A DNA stretch of 64,000 nt from Candidatus Saccharimonadia bacterium (lineage in GTDB: Bacteria; Patescibacteriota; Saccharimonadia; UBA4664; JBBRNT01), in NCBI GenBank assembly GCA_038230095.1, contig JBBRNT010000001.1, forward strand, positions 48,848-112,847, read 5' to 3'. The notes under the pieces are model-generated. The model was given only the letters and a program-made list of their open reading frames with translations, searched no databases and was not told where the DNA came from. The translations under genes and the position numbers were made by a program. Of the stretch, positions 50,171-60,398 are shown piece by piece; within the stretch, counting starts at the first letter, position 1, and every line of letters begins with the position of its first letter.

Positions 50171-50281
50171 ATTCTTTGACTTGAACCAGATGCTCCCTCG
50201 GAGGCTTTTCTGGTTTAGTGAACCTAGACCACGGCGCCAGCGACCGATTCGCTGGAGAACCCTGACAATTTGGAGGAAGTA

Positions 50282-51127
50282 ATGTCGTACGAACAAACGG
50301 CAACGGTCTACGATGCCATCTACACGAAAATGAAGGACTATCCTGCGGAAGCTCGCCGAGTGATTGAGCTCTGGGAGGTATTTGCTGGTCCTGAAACCAC
50401 ACTTCGGAGTGTTTTGGACGTTGCCTGTGGCACTGGCCTGCACCTGGAAGCCCTGCGTACTATGGGTATTGACGATCTGACGGGATTTGACCTGTCAGAA
50501 GCACAATTGGCAGTAGCCAAGTCCCGGCTGGGGAGCAAATTTCACCTGGAACTGGCCGATATGACGGATTTTGGTATGGGCCGCTACTATGACCTGGTGA
50601 CGTGTCTGTTCTCAGCGGTTGGCCACTTGCCAACGTTTTCGGCGCTCTGCCAAGCCATAGAGGCGATGGCAAGCCATCTGGAACCGGGCGGCATAGTCAT
50701 GATTGAGCCTTGGATTGACCCTGACGACTTTCGAGAGGGACATGTCGGCATTAATGTCGTGGACACACCAGAACTGAAGGTGTTGCGGATGGGTACCAGT
50801 ACCCGCGAGGGCAACTTGATTCATTTGGAGCTAAAGCACATTGTGGGCCGACCTGGGGTAGCCATGGAGGACTTTTCGGAAACGCACCAGCTGATGATGT
50901 TCAGTAAAGCAGAATTTGAAGCGGCGTTTTCGGTGGCTGGGCTATCCTGCCACTTTGACGAGCAAGGCCTTATGGGCCGTGGCCTGTATATTGGCGTAAA
51001 GGCACAAAACAAGACTATGAGCTGGGGTCAGCAGCATGTCATGGCTGAGCACCTGGCCGATGAGATTGATGGCAGGCTGCCCACTAGCCCGTCGTTTCAG
51101 CAATCCTACCAGAACTTTACAGACTAG
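50282..51127 (+). CDS. Class I SAM-dependent methyltransferase (TylM1/DesVI-like family)
   Basis: YDAIY..KDY..EA, LDVACGTG, VTCLFS.GH, HLEPGG..IEPW. Confidence 0.88.
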   Translation: MSYEQTATVYDAIYTKMKDYPAEARRVIELWEVFAGPETTLRSVLDVACGTGLHLEALRTMGIDDLTGFDLSEAQLAVAKSRLGSKFHLELADMTDFGMGRYYDLVTCLFSAVGHLPTFSALCQAIEAMASHLEPGGIVMIEPWIDPDDFREGHVGINVVDTPELKVLRMGTSTREGNLIHLELKHIVGRPGVAMEDFSETHQLMMFSKAEFEAAFSVAGLSCHFDEQGLMGRGLYIGVKAQNKTMSWGQQHVMAEHLADEIDGRLPTSPSFQQSYQNFTD

Positions 51128-51136
51128 GAGACTGAA

Positions 51137-51817
51137 GTGTTTGGACACTGGATGGAGATAAAGACTCCAAAAGTACATGTGCGGATGGGACCGATCAGAC
51201 GCGAGGAAATGCCGCGGTTTGTGTCGGCGGATGTAGGCTTTGGCCTGCAAAGCTATATGGTCGGCCGCTACCTCGGACACGATCGAGCTACCACTGAGGA
51301 AGCTGAGTATGCTTGGTGGGACTCGGTGATTGCCGATAAGACCAAAGTGGTCTGGGGCATCTATGTCCAGATGGATGGCAGGTGGACAGTGATTGGCTGT
51401 ACCTCGCTAGATCTGGATGGCTTCGACCGCAACCAGGCATGCAGCGGATTTGCCATGTTTGACCGCCAGTATTGGCGCCGTGGCATTGCCAAGACAAGCC
51501 ATCTGGCCCGGACGCTCTATGCGTTTGAGGAGATGGGTATGTGGGCGATCAATAGTGGGGCTGATACGGCGAACTTCGGTTCGGTCAAAGCCCTACAATC
51601 GGTTGGCTATGTCCAGACCGGTATGCGCTACGGCGGCAAGATGGTACATGGCAAGGCGCATGACGCTATGACGCTGTTGGTAGTAAACCCTGCGCCCAAT
51701 ATGTGGAACGCCTTCTGGAACCGGCCCAAAGCCGAGATCCCGCCAGAGTTCCACGAGGCGCGGAAGGTGACGCGAGCTGCACTCCAGCAAGCCCACCAGT
51801 TCGTGACCTTCCTCTAA
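51137..51817 (+). CDS. RimJ/RimL-like GNAT N-acetyltransferase
   Basis: YWRRGIA, YAFEEMG, N..S..ALQSVGY. Confidence 0.8.
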   Translation: MFGHWMEIKTPKVHVRMGPIRREEMPRFVSADVGFGLQSYMVGRYLGHDRATTEEAEYAWWDSVIADKTKVVWGIYVQMDGRWTVIGCTSLDLDGFDRNQACSGFAMFDRQYWRRGIAKTSHLARTLYAFEEMGMWAINSGADTANFGSVKALQSVGYVQTGMRYGGKMVHGKAHDAMTLLVVNPAPNMWNAFWNRPKAEIPPEFHEARKVTRAALQQAHQFVTFL

Positions 51818-51968
51818 TTACCTGATTACACTGCAGCGCTTGCTTGCGCCCCGCCCCGCGGGGATCCCTTTTTGGGATCCCCGCTTTTCTTTGTGTCCAC
51901 AGACGGCTACAATTTAGCAAAGGTTGGTGGAAAAACATGATTGGTCAGCTCGGCACACCGGGGGTGGC

Positions 51969-53777
51969 ATGACGGAGTACGCATCGTCGTACGATCCGGT
52001 TAGTCGCGATGTAGATGGCATACGCCGGCAGCGCCAGGCCGCTATGGCTCAGCCTGTAGTGGCGCCTAAGAACAGTAGTGTTGCAGAAACAATAACTGCT
52101 CCGGCAGAGGTGCCACCACGGCCTAAGCACCGAGTGCTGTGGGGGCTCGGCATGGCAGTAGGGCTGGTGGTGCTAGCCAATGTAGCTGTCTGGGGACTGT
52201 ACCGCGGCCGAGCCTATCCGGGAATCCGGATAGATAAACTAGCTGTCGGGGGCCTTGACCGGGGGCGGCTCTACGCAAGACTCCAGGGTACGACTGGTAG
52301 TCAGAACCTCATTTTGAAAAATAATGATACAGACATTGCATTGGTAGACGCCGGTATTGATGCCGATATAGAGCTGACAGCGACCGCTGCTACGGAGGTA
52401 TTTGACGCGGAGCTGCCACTAGTGCGGCTGGTGCACTCGGTACTATCCCGACCGCTGGAGCTCACCTATAACGTGGATGGTGCGCGGCTGACTACCGCGC
52501 TGCAGAAAATTGCCGCAGCTGTAGAGACGCCAGGCCGTGCTACTGGTTTTACCGTGCGGTCTGGGGTGCTAGAGGTAACACCCCCACAGGCCGGCACGAA
52601 GGTAAATATTGTGGTCACTACCCAGCGAATACTGTCCGCGCTATCTGCCAAGCAACAGATTGTACCGCTCGTAATTGAGCACCAAGACTTCAGTCTGACT
52701 GGCGCGCAGCTGGCTACCGTAAAGGCTAACGCCGAGCGGCTCTTAACCCATAAGCTAAGCGTGGTAGTAGATGCCAAAACCATAGTGATGGATCGAGCAC
52801 TACTGGGCGACTGGATAAGCGTGTCTCAGACAGGGAGCGATACGACCGTGGCGTTTGACCAGGCCAGGGTGGCCAGCTATGTGGCAGGTCTGGCCGCACA
52901 TAATGACCATGCAGCCGTGGGTGCACGGGTGACTATAACGGCTGAGGGCAATGTAACCCAAGCTGGCCAGGCCGGCCGGGCCATAGACCAGCAGACGCTT
53001 ACCACCGCCATGATGGCCGCGCTGACCCAGGAAGCGCCCCAGACTGTAACAGCCAGCTGGAAGGCAGTGGCGCCGGGTACCACCTACATACGTCCACCAG
53101 TTAGCTACCATGGGCCCCTGCAGGACCGGCTGGCGCAGTTTGCGGCAGGGCATTCCGGCATATTCGGCCTAGACGTGAAGAACCTGGTGACGGGTGAGAC
53201 GGCTGCTTTCAACCAGGAGTACTCATTCACGTCGGCTAGCCTGTACAAGCTATTTGTGGCTAAGGCTATCTACCAGCGGGTAGCTGGAGGACAGCTAACG
53301 TATGGGTCGGCCTCTGGTGTGCCAGGGCGGAATGTAGACGTCTGCCTGAGTCTGATGATTACTATCTCAGACAATGGCTGTGCCGAGGCGCTGGCCGCTA
53401 AGGTGGGCTGGATGCCAGGTCTAGACGCTGAGGGCTACGCCGGTACCGATCTGACGAAGATACCGAAGCGGACAGTCGCAGCCGATGTGGCGCTGCTCCT
53501 AGAGCGACTATACAAGAACGAGCTACTTGGCCCAGATGAGACAGCTCGGTTTATAACGCTCTTAAAGGGGCAAAAGGTGAATAATCGTCTGCCGGTGGGG
53601 TTGCCAAATGGGACGGTAATAGCCCACAAAACGGGTGATCTGGGCAACTACTTGCACGACGCTGGCATAATCTGGGGCCCAACCGGCCCGTACCTAGTTG
53701 TGGCCATGAGCCAAGGGGCCCATTTCAGCGACTTTGGCGAGCTATCTAGTATGCTGTACAGCTACTTTAACCCCTGA
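51969..53777 (+). CDS. Class A beta-lactamase-like serine hydrolase with a VanW/YoaR-type peptidoglycan-binding N-terminus
   Basis: TM anchor, SLYK (SxxK), SDN, KTG. Confidence 0.85.
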   Translation: MTEYASSYDPVSRDVDGIRRQRQAAMAQPVVAPKNSSVAETITAPAEVPPRPKHRVLWGLGMAVGLVVLANVAVWGLYRGRAYPGIRIDKLAVGGLDRGRLYARLQGTTGSQNLILKNNDTDIALVDAGIDADIELTATAATEVFDAELPLVRLVHSVLSRPLELTYNVDGARLTTALQKIAAAVETPGRATGFTVRSGVLEVTPPQAGTKVNIVVTTQRILSALSAKQQIVPLVIEHQDFSLTGAQLATVKANAERLLTHKLSVVVDAKTIVMDRALLGDWISVSQTGSDTTVAFDQARVASYVAGLAAHNDHAAVGARVTITAEGNVTQAGQAGRAIDQQTLTTAMMAALTQEAPQTVTASWKAVAPGTTYIRPPVSYHGPLQDRLAQFAAGHSGIFGLDVKNLVTGETAAFNQEYSFTSASLYKLFVAKAIYQRVAGGQLTYGSASGVPGRNVDVCLSLMITISDNGCAEALAAKVGWMPGLDAEGYAGTDLTKIPKRTVAADVALLLERLYKNELLGPDETARFITLLKGQKVNNRLPVGLPNGTVIAHKTGDLGNYLHDAGIIWGPTGPYLVVAMSQGAHFSDFGELSSMLYSYFNP

Positions 53778-53862
53778 GACTAGGGCGCCCACGAGAGTTA
53801 GTCAGGCGCCGGGACTTTCTTTTGCCTTGGGGTGGCTGGTACAATCGGGCAAAGGAGCACGT

Positions 53863-54501
53863 ATGGACCAGGAACTGTGGACCAAAGAGCATAATAAGTA
53901 TGGTGATGCGGACTGGACACATAAACCATCGCTATTTGCCACGGAGGCAATCCAGTACTTTCCCAACAGGGGACGGATACTAGACCTGGGCGCAGGGCAC
54001 GGGCAGGATAGTGCCTATTTTGTCTCCCAGGGCTATGGTGTAGTGGCTTTGGATACCTCCGATGCGGCCGTAGCCACTTTGGAGCAACTGAAACGAGAAC
54101 TGGGTACGGATCGCCTAGAGGTGGTGCAGCGCGATGTTATTGAAGGCATACCGTATTCGGATGGTTCGTTCGAAGTGGTGTTTGCCCAATTGAGCCTGCA
54201 TTACTTTGACAATGAAACAACCAAGGAGGTGTTTCTTGAGCTGGCCCGCGTACTGAAGACAGGGGGCATATTGGCATTTATGGTTAATACTACGAAAGAT
54301 CCAGAGTATGGCCAAGGGCAGAGGCTTGAGGATGACTACTACGTAATAGAGGGCAAGCTGAAGCGATTTTTTAGCCCAGATTCCGCGGCCGCTTTTGCCG
54401 ATGGGTTTGAGGCTATTGTCGCGGATGCCAAGGGTGAAACATATAAGGACCAGGCGAAAGGGGTGCATGGCCTGATCCGGTATATTGGTAAGAAAGTATG
54501 A
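53863..54501 (+). CDS. Class I SAM-dependent methyltransferase
   Basis: ILDLGAGHG, SLHYF, RVLKTGG. Confidence 0.9.
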   Translation: MDQELWTKEHNKYGDADWTHKPSLFATEAIQYFPNRGRILDLGAGHGQDSAYFVSQGYGVVALDTSDAAVATLEQLKRELGTDRLEVVQRDVIEGIPYSDGSFEVVFAQLSLHYFDNETTKEVFLELARVLKTGGILAFMVNTTKDPEYGQGQRLEDDYYVIEGKLKRFFSPDSAAAFADGFEAIVADAKGETYKDQAKGVHGLIRYIGKKV

Positions 54502-54953
54502 TATCCAAGGCCATTATCCCCGAGCAGTACCTAGCCGAGTTACCGGAGGAGCGGCGGCACGCTATAGCAACGGTACGCCAGACCATCCTAGACAATCTGC
54601 CGGAGGGCTACGTGGAAGAAATGGGCTATGGCATGATCACCTACGTAGTTCCGCTGAGCGTCTACCCCAGCACCTATAACCAACAGCCGTCCATGTACGC
54701 GGCGCTAGCGAGCCAGAAGAACCATATGGCGGTGTACCTGACGGCACCGTACGGCGAGCCCAAGATTCGCGAGGAGTTTCAGCGCGACTACCTGGCCACC
54801 GGGAAGAAGCTAGATATGGGAGGGTCGTGTGTGCGGTTTAAGAAGCTGGATAATCTGCCTCTTGAGGTAATCGGCAACTATATTGCACGGGTACCCATGC
54901 AGCTGTTTGTGGAGCGTACACGGGCCTTTGATGAAACCAGGAAGAAGAAATGA
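54498..54953 (+). CDS. DUF1801/YdhG-like protein
   Basis: YGMITYVVP, LASQKNHM, LDMGGSCVRFKKL. Confidence 0.88.
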   Translation: MISKAIIPEQYLAELPEERRHAIATVRQTILDNLPEGYVEEMGYGMITYVVPLSVYPSTYNQQPSMYAALASQKNHMAVYLTAPYGEPKIREEFQRDYLATGKKLDMGGSCVRFKKLDNLPLEVIGNYIARVPMQLFVERTRAFDETRKKK

Positions 54954-55591
54954 AACATGAACGCTTGCATGCGCTGACCGACGGCATATTTGCGATTGCT
55001 ATGACCCTGCTTGTGCTGGACCTGAAAATACCAGAAATGGGGACGAATGTAACGGAGGTAGCTCTGCGGACTGAGCTGTATAAGCTCTGGCCGGTACTAT
55101 TCAGCTTTGCCCTCAGCTTCGCTCTACTTTCGGGCTACTGGCGAGCCCAGAACCTGGTGATTGGTAGCTACATTAAGAACCTAGATATGAAACTGGTGAA
55201 TCTGAATATGTTATTCCTATTCTTTGTTTCCCTGGTGCCGTTTTCGACCAATCTACTCGGCCGCTTCATTGGCAATAGGGAGGGCATTATTGTCTATGGT
55301 CTGAATGTGAGCATGCTGGGGCTAACGCTACACCTAGCCAGGCGCTACGCCGACAAGGCGGAGCACATAGACACTAGTGACAATGGCTGGACGCGTCGTG
55401 ACCGGCGCAATAGCACGGTACGGGCGTACTTTCCAATTCTTACCGCCATTGCCGCCTCGGCAATTAGCGTTCGCTGGGGTACGGCTGCTTTGGTAATGCT
55501 GGTAGCAACGGCGCTATTGAACCTGACGCGGACAGGCTTTGACGGCTTGTACTGGGCGCTAGACCGGCTCGGTATTGGGACAAACGAGTGA
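54950..55591 (+). CDS. TMEM175 family potassium channel
   Basis: RLHALTDGIFAIAMTLLVL motif. Confidence 0.9.
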   Translation: MKHERLHALTDGIFAIAMTLLVLDLKIPEMGTNVTEVALRTELYKLWPVLFSFALSFALLSGYWRAQNLVIGSYIKNLDMKLVNLNMLFLFFVSLVPFSTNLLGRFIGNREGIIVYGLNVSMLGLTLHLARRYADKAEHIDTSDNGWTRRDRRNSTVRAYFPILTAIAASAISVRWGTAALVMLVATALLNLTRTGFDGLYWALDRLGIGTNE

Positions 55592-55718
55592 CCAAGCTCC
55601 GGCTGCTAGTGAGCGCCAGGCCGACCTGAGCGGTAGCGCCTAGATAGCCGAAGGGCCCCGTTCACGCCAATCTGAGATTGGTGCAATACAGGGCCCTTGT
55701 GGGGCGGACAGCGGATGA

Positions 55719-56102
55719 TCAGGAGGCGGTGGCCTCTTGATGGGGGACAATCGCCAGATGTGTCCGAACGGGTGCCGAGGCGGCACGTTGCCGGTCGATG
55801 GTGGCACGGGTGAGGCGGGTGAGGGCGATGACGTCCACTCTCTTGCCGAAGACGCGGCGGTCCATGTACTCGATGAAGACATCGACGAGTGAGTAGTGGT
55901 AGAGAGTGCGCTGTGTCCAGTTGTCTGGACGGTCAACCAGATCGTGGTCCACGAGCATGGCCTTGAGGTGGCCAATGGCAGTCGGCAGCCACGAAGCCAC
56001 ACTGCTGTGGTGGACGCGGCGGCGACTGCGGCGGCTGACTTCCTGGGACAAACCGCCCAAGGTAAGCCAACCGGCGTTCTTGAACACTTCGGAATCGGAC
56101 AT
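55719..56102 (-). CDS. Hypothetical protein (possible HTH)
   Basis: RBS GAAAGG and TTGACT-N17-TAGTAT promoter. Confidence 0.55.
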   Translation of the reverse strand: MSDSEVFKNAGWLTLGGLSQEVSRRSRRRVHHSSVASWLPTAIGHLKAMLVDHDLVDRPDNWTQRTLYHYSLVDVFIEYMDRRVFGKRVDVIALTRLTRATIDRQRAASAPVRTHLAIVPHQEATAS

Positions 56103-56232
56103 GCTTATAAGCCTTTCGGTCGGAACAACCCCCATTTTGGGAGAATGTCTTATACTAGCATACTTCTTATGTAAAGTCAATAGTACTCTCGATCTATTCG
56201 ACTATTAGCTACATTAGCATTACAGTAATGAT

Positions 56233-56577
56233 ATGAGTATTGAAGCCTATTGCCTCAGAAAGCTAGCCGCCGTGGAGGACTACCCATTTGGGCCTGATGC
56301 AGCCGTTTTTAAGGTGGGAAACAAAATTTTTGCATTGACCTCCCCACCTGGTAGTCCAACTAATATTAATCTCAAATGCGAGCCGACGCTGGCAATAGCG
56401 CTGCGGCAAAAGCATGCAGCCATAACGCCGGGTTACCACATGAATAAAGTGCACTGGAATAGCGTGGCACTGGATGGCAGCGTGCCCACAGCCGAAGTGG
56501 AGCGGATGGTGGATATGAGCTATGAGCTGGTGGTTGGTAGCCTGCCACGGCCTGCGCGAGACGCCCTGGGAAAGTAG
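56233..56577 (+). CDS. MmcQ/YjbR family protein
   Basis: PFG..VFKVG.KIFAL, NLKCEP, PGYHMNK.HWN. Confidence 0.93.
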   Translation: MSIEAYCLRKLAAVEDYPFGPDAAVFKVGNKIFALTSPPGSPTNINLKCEPTLAIALRQKHAAITPGYHMNKVHWNSVALDGSVPTAEVERMVDMSYELVVGSLPRPARDALGK

Positions 56578-56696
56578 TTTCTATAGCTACCTTGAAGTCC
56601 TCGGCCTGCATATGGGCACAGCGTAATGAGTGCCAAATGCGCTTGAGCTACAGGGCTATCAATCGCTAGAGTCCGCATTAAAAAAAGGGTAGAATA

Positions 56697-57218
56697 GTGG
56701 CAACTATGGCAAACACAAGCAAACATGACACAACCACCCAAGCCCGCCGTGAGCGGTATACCAGCTACCGTGCCCAAGCAGATGCCCAGCGTAATCTCGG
56801 CGAGCGACTAGCTGACGTTTTGACGGCCAAGCTAGGCTCGGTCACATTTCTTATTCTAAACGCTATCTGGTTTGCGATCTGGATGATTATTAACACTGGC
56901 ATTATTCCAGGGATCAAAGCCTTCGACCCCTTCCCATTCGGATTGCTAACTATGGTAGTGTCCCTTGAAGCAATCTTTCTTGCCATCATTGTACTGGTCT
57001 CGCAGAACCGAGCAGCGCGAGTAGCGGAAATCCGTGAAGAGACAGATCTGCAGGTGAACTCAATCGCTGAGGGTGAAATTACCAAAGTGATCCACCTTAT
57101 GACCATATTAATGAAGAAAAATGGCATTAAGATAGATGATGATCCCGAACTCGTAGAAATGCTGAAGCCTCTGAATAACGAGGACCTCGAAAAGAACTTG
57201 GAAAAACAGCTGAAATAA
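56697..57218 (+). CDS. DUF1003 membrane protein
   Basis: FDPFPFGLLTMVVSLEAIFL...SQNR. Confidence 0.9.
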   Translation: MATMANTSKHDTTTQARRERYTSYRAQADAQRNLGERLADVLTAKLGSVTFLILNAIWFAIWMIINTGIIPGIKAFDPFPFGLLTMVVSLEAIFLAIIVLVSQNRAARVAEIREETDLQVNSIAEGEITKVIHLMTILMKKNGIKIDDDPELVEMLKPLNNEDLEKNLEKQLK

Positions 57219-57290
57219 GCGGCGTCCAGCCTGAAGCCGTCCGAGAGTGACCACGCGTTACAGTCGGACGGCTATTTGTTTTACCAGGCC

Positions 57291-58040
57291 TTAGCGCAGG
57301 GCGTAGACGATAGCGACGGAGGCGCTAATGTCGTTCTGGCCAGTGTAGATAACGGGGGCAGGAGCCGTGACAGGGCCGCCGCCATTGGCGTCTTGCGCAA
57401 CGGCCTTGCCGCTGGCTAGAGGCATAATCTCGCCATAGCCATTATTAGTATCCACGCTCTGGGCTTTGCCGACGTGCACGCCTAGCTCGGTAGCAATCTG
57501 CGTGGCTTTGGCCTTGGCGTCATCAATTGCCTTGGTGCGTGCCTCTGCCTCTAGAGCCTTGCGTCGTGTCTCGCTGAAACTAGCCTGCGGGCTGGCGCTA
57601 CCGGTGAGGTCGGTGGTGAGCAGGTAGGTCTGGACTTTCTCGGCCAGGTCCTTATTGTCTACAGTCACGGTGAGGCTGGTGGTAGCAGTTTTACTACCAG
57701 CATTCCACTTCCAATAGGGGTAGTAGTTACCGGTAGCCGATGAGGCGGTGGCAATGTCTTTGTCGGGCACGCCCAGAGCCTTGAGCGCGACCGTGATGGT
57801 GGTCGTCTGGTTGGTGGCGCTTGCGAGAGCTTCTTTCTCGGTGGCACCCTTGGCCTCGTAGGTCGGCGAAAAGACATACTGGTCTGGCAGGGCCTTAATA
57901 CTAGCGGTGCCAGATACACTAATGGTCTTGGCGCTAGCGGCTGCCGACCAAGGCTGCCAGAAGCCAAGCATTACTAATATGACAACGGTAAGCATGGCAC
58001 TGACGATCCGAAAGTCGAGTTTGATAGTAAAGCTTTGCAT
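57291..58040 (-). CDS. SIMPL (DUF541) domain protein
   Basis: TISVSGTASIKALPD, AIDDAKAKA..IA..LG, C-terminal beta strand. Confidence 0.88.
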   Translation of the reverse strand: MQSFTIKLDFRIVSAMLTVVILVMLGFWQPWSAAASAKTISVSGTASIKALPDQYVFSPTYEAKGATEKEALASATNQTTTITVALKALGVPDKDIATASSATGNYYPYWKWNAGSKTATTSLTVTVDNKDLAEKVQTYLLTTDLTGSASPQASFSETRRKALEAEARTKAIDDAKAKATQIATELGVHVGKAQSVDTNNGYGEIMPLASGKAVAQDANGGGPVTAPAPVIYTGQNDISASVAIVYALR

Positions 58041-58079
58041 AAGAGTATTGTAGGGCCTGTATATCTGATAGTACAAACA

Positions 58080-59541
58080 AAACCCCGCCGCCCAGATGGG
58101 CGGCGGGGCAGCGGAACTACCGTGGCAGGGACTCGATGATGAGGTGCGTGTTGCGCAGCATGTGTGCCTCACTGAAAATACGCTGGAGCTGCTCTATACC
58201 AGTATGGGCTTCATCGCTGAGTACAAGTAGGTCACTGAGTGGCCGGTTTTCTTCAATTGCGCGGGAGGCCAATCGCTGAATGCACCGGTAGGCATCATCA
58301 CGCTGCCAGCCGTCATCGATGAGTGCCGTGAGGGCGGTCTGGGTATACATGAGGCCGAGGCCACGCTCAATGTTGAGCCGCATCCGGCTGGAGTTCACCA
58401 CCAACAGGTCGAACACACTGGTGGCTGTGACTGTCATGTAGTGGGTCAGGGTGAGAGCGTCGGGGAGGTAGATGCGCTCAGGCGCGCTGTGTGAAATGTC
58501 GCGCTCGAAAAGCAACTCAACGTCCTGAGATGCCATCTGGTAGTAACCACGCAAGGTACGGGCCAGGCCATCGAGCTGCTCGCCCTTGATTGGGTTGCGC
58601 TTGTGTGGCATGGCGGAACTACCCTTCTGTCCCGGACGCCGACCCTCTTCCACCTCACCAATCTCCGTTATGGCCATGAGCCGGAGGTTGAAGTAAATGT
58701 GGCCAATGGCGTTGCCCAACTTACTGCAGGCATGCAGTAAGTCCAGGTGTAGATCACGTGGAATGACTTGGGTAGCGACAACGGGTGTCAGCGCCAGGTT
58801 CTCGCAAGTAAGCCGCTCGACTTCAGGGTCAATGTTGCTGTAGGTGCCACAGGCTCCGCTGAGCTTGCCGACCTGTATGGCTTGATTGGCCAGACGTAGC
58901 GTCGCTAGGGCCCGATCGACCATGTGAGCCCAGTTGGCTATGCGTACTCCGAAGGTGATGATCTCGGCGTGCTGTCCGTGGGTGCGGCCTGCACAGGGCG
59001 TGGTAGCAAACTCACGTGCCCGGCGGCACAGGCTGGTGAGCAGTACGTCGCCGGCGGCGATGAGTGTGTCGCTGGCCCAGGTGAGCTGGCGACACAAGGC
59101 GGTATCGGTAACGTCAGACGATGTCAGACCGTAATGGAACCAGCGTGCTTCATCGCCGCCAATGGCTTCGGCTAGCACATCCACGAAGGCGGCTACGTCG
59201 TGGTCTGTCACTGCTTCGCGTTCTGCAATCTGGGCAATGATGGCCTCGGTAATACGAGGAGCGTGCTGCAGTATGGCAATGGCGTCCGCTTCAGGAATTT
59301 GGCCAAGGTCCGAACGGGCACGAATGGCGGCCAGCTCAACGTCGAGCACCGCGTCCCACTTGGCTACGTCGGTGAAGTGTCGTGTCATTTCGGGCTTGCT
59401 GTATCTGGGGTGCATGGCGGCTCCATCTCGATTTCAAGGGTGCGGATCTATTCCGCTGCGGCAGATTATACCCTGGAGATGCCTAGCTTGAAACCATAAG
59501 AGAAACCCCGCCGCCCAGATGGGCGGCGGGGCAGCGGAACT
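58080..59541. repeat. 39-bp perfect direct repeat (58080-58118 and 59503-59541) flanking purB and its promoter
   Basis: AAACCCCGCCGCCCAGATGGGCGGCGGGGCAGCGGAACT occurs twice. Confidence 0.97.
58117..59415 (-). CDS. purB: Adenylosuccinate lyase
   Basis: HYGLTSSDV, GRTHGQHA, GSSAMPHKRNP, ERDISHS. Confidence 0.96.
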   Translation of the reverse strand: MHPRYSKPEMTRHFTDVAKWDAVLDVELAAIRARSDLGQIPEADAIAILQHAPRITEAIIAQIAEREAVTDHDVAAFVDVLAEAIGGDEARWFHYGLTSSDVTDTALCRQLTWASDTLIAAGDVLLTSLCRRAREFATTPCAGRTHGQHAEIITFGVRIANWAHMVDRALATLRLANQAIQVGKLSGACGTYSNIDPEVERLTCENLALTPVVATQVIPRDLHLDLLHACSKLGNAIGHIYFNLRLMAITEIGEVEEGRRPGQKGSSAMPHKRNPIKGEQLDGLARTLRGYYQMASQDVELLFERDISHSAPERIYLPDALTLTHYMTVTATSVFDLLVVNSSRMRLNIERGLGLMYTQTALTALIDDGWQRDDAYRCIQRLASRAIEENRPLSDLLVLSDEAHTGIEQLQRIFSEAHMLRNTHLIIESLPR

Positions 59542-60281
59542 TAGGGGAACAGGTGGAGGTAGACAAGCCCCCAGCCGGCAGCGGTGATGACCACGAGTGC
59601 AGTACAGTGCTCAATGAGCCCACCTGGATAGTGCAGGGGCCACTCGTAGGTGACGCCGCTTTCGTGTCGCCGGCGCTTGAAGTAGGCCAGCCAGACCTCT
59701 CCGGCAAAACCGATGGCCACAAGGGCAACGCAGGCAAAGAATATAGAGGGTGTGCTCAGGCTGAGAAAATCTGCTTGGACGGCATAGGCCGCAATGACGA
59801 AGGCCACAATTGCCTTCGAGAGCCCTATAGATGCTACAAAGAGGCCTGAACTCCTAGGGATAGCTCGGGTATACAGCAGCAGCTCGATGACCCAATACGC
59901 TACCATATTGGGTAGCACAGTTAGGATGATTAGTAGGCTCATAGTACCGAGCCCGTGGGCATGTCCCAGATAGGGCAGGCTGGCCAGAATGCTAACGACT
60001 GCACAGAGGCAGAGTAGGTCTATGACGTCTGACGATGTGCGGCGCGGACTGCTATCGTGCTCGTTGTAGCGCTCTTGGTGGATAAGCTCGGCCAGGCTAC
60101 CCGCCAGCGGTACGCCGAGGAGGCCCAGGGCCAGCATTGCTGCGGGCCAGTCCAGCCAGGTGACCGAGACAACTGCTCCCGCGGTAATGGGTGTCATGAT
60201 CAGCCAGTACCAGGCATAATGCCAGATAGGCAGCGTACTGGGATGGGGATAGTGCTTCTTGGGGGTTCGTGTGGGTGGCAC
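59541..60281 (-). CDS. Hypothetical polytopic membrane protein
   Basis: RBS GAAAGGAGG; about 7 TMs. Confidence 0.65.
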   Translation of the reverse strand: MPPTRTPKKHYPHPSTLPIWHYAWYWLIMTPITAGAVVSVTWLDWPAAMLALGLLGVPLAGSLAELIHQERYNEHDSSPRRTSSDVIDLLCLCAVVSILASLPYLGHAHGLGTMSLLIILTVLPNMVAYWVIELLLYTRAIPRSSGLFVASIGLSKAIVAFVIAAYAVQADFLSLSTPSIFFACVALVAIGFAGEVWLAYFKRRRHESGVTYEWPLHYPGGLIEHCTALVVITAAGWGLVYLHLFP

Positions 60282-60398
60282 ACTAACCTCCTTTCAACAT
60301 GTCGATGAGCTGGCGTCATAATGCGCTTTGTAAAACCCTGAGTCAATTTCTCAAAGCTTATACTCGTAATCCTAGGTAGGTAATTGTATGATGGCGCC

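Noticed and set aside
51969-53777. True beta-lactam resistance gene
   Set aside because: It has SxxK/SDN/KTG, but it is membrane-anchored with a long PG-binding region and I see no omega-loop ExxLN. A cell-wall hydrolase is more likely.
58080-59541. Integron attC sites or CRISPR repeats
   Set aside because: No RYYYAAC/GTTRRRY boxes, only two copies 1.4 kb apart, and no intI or cas genes.
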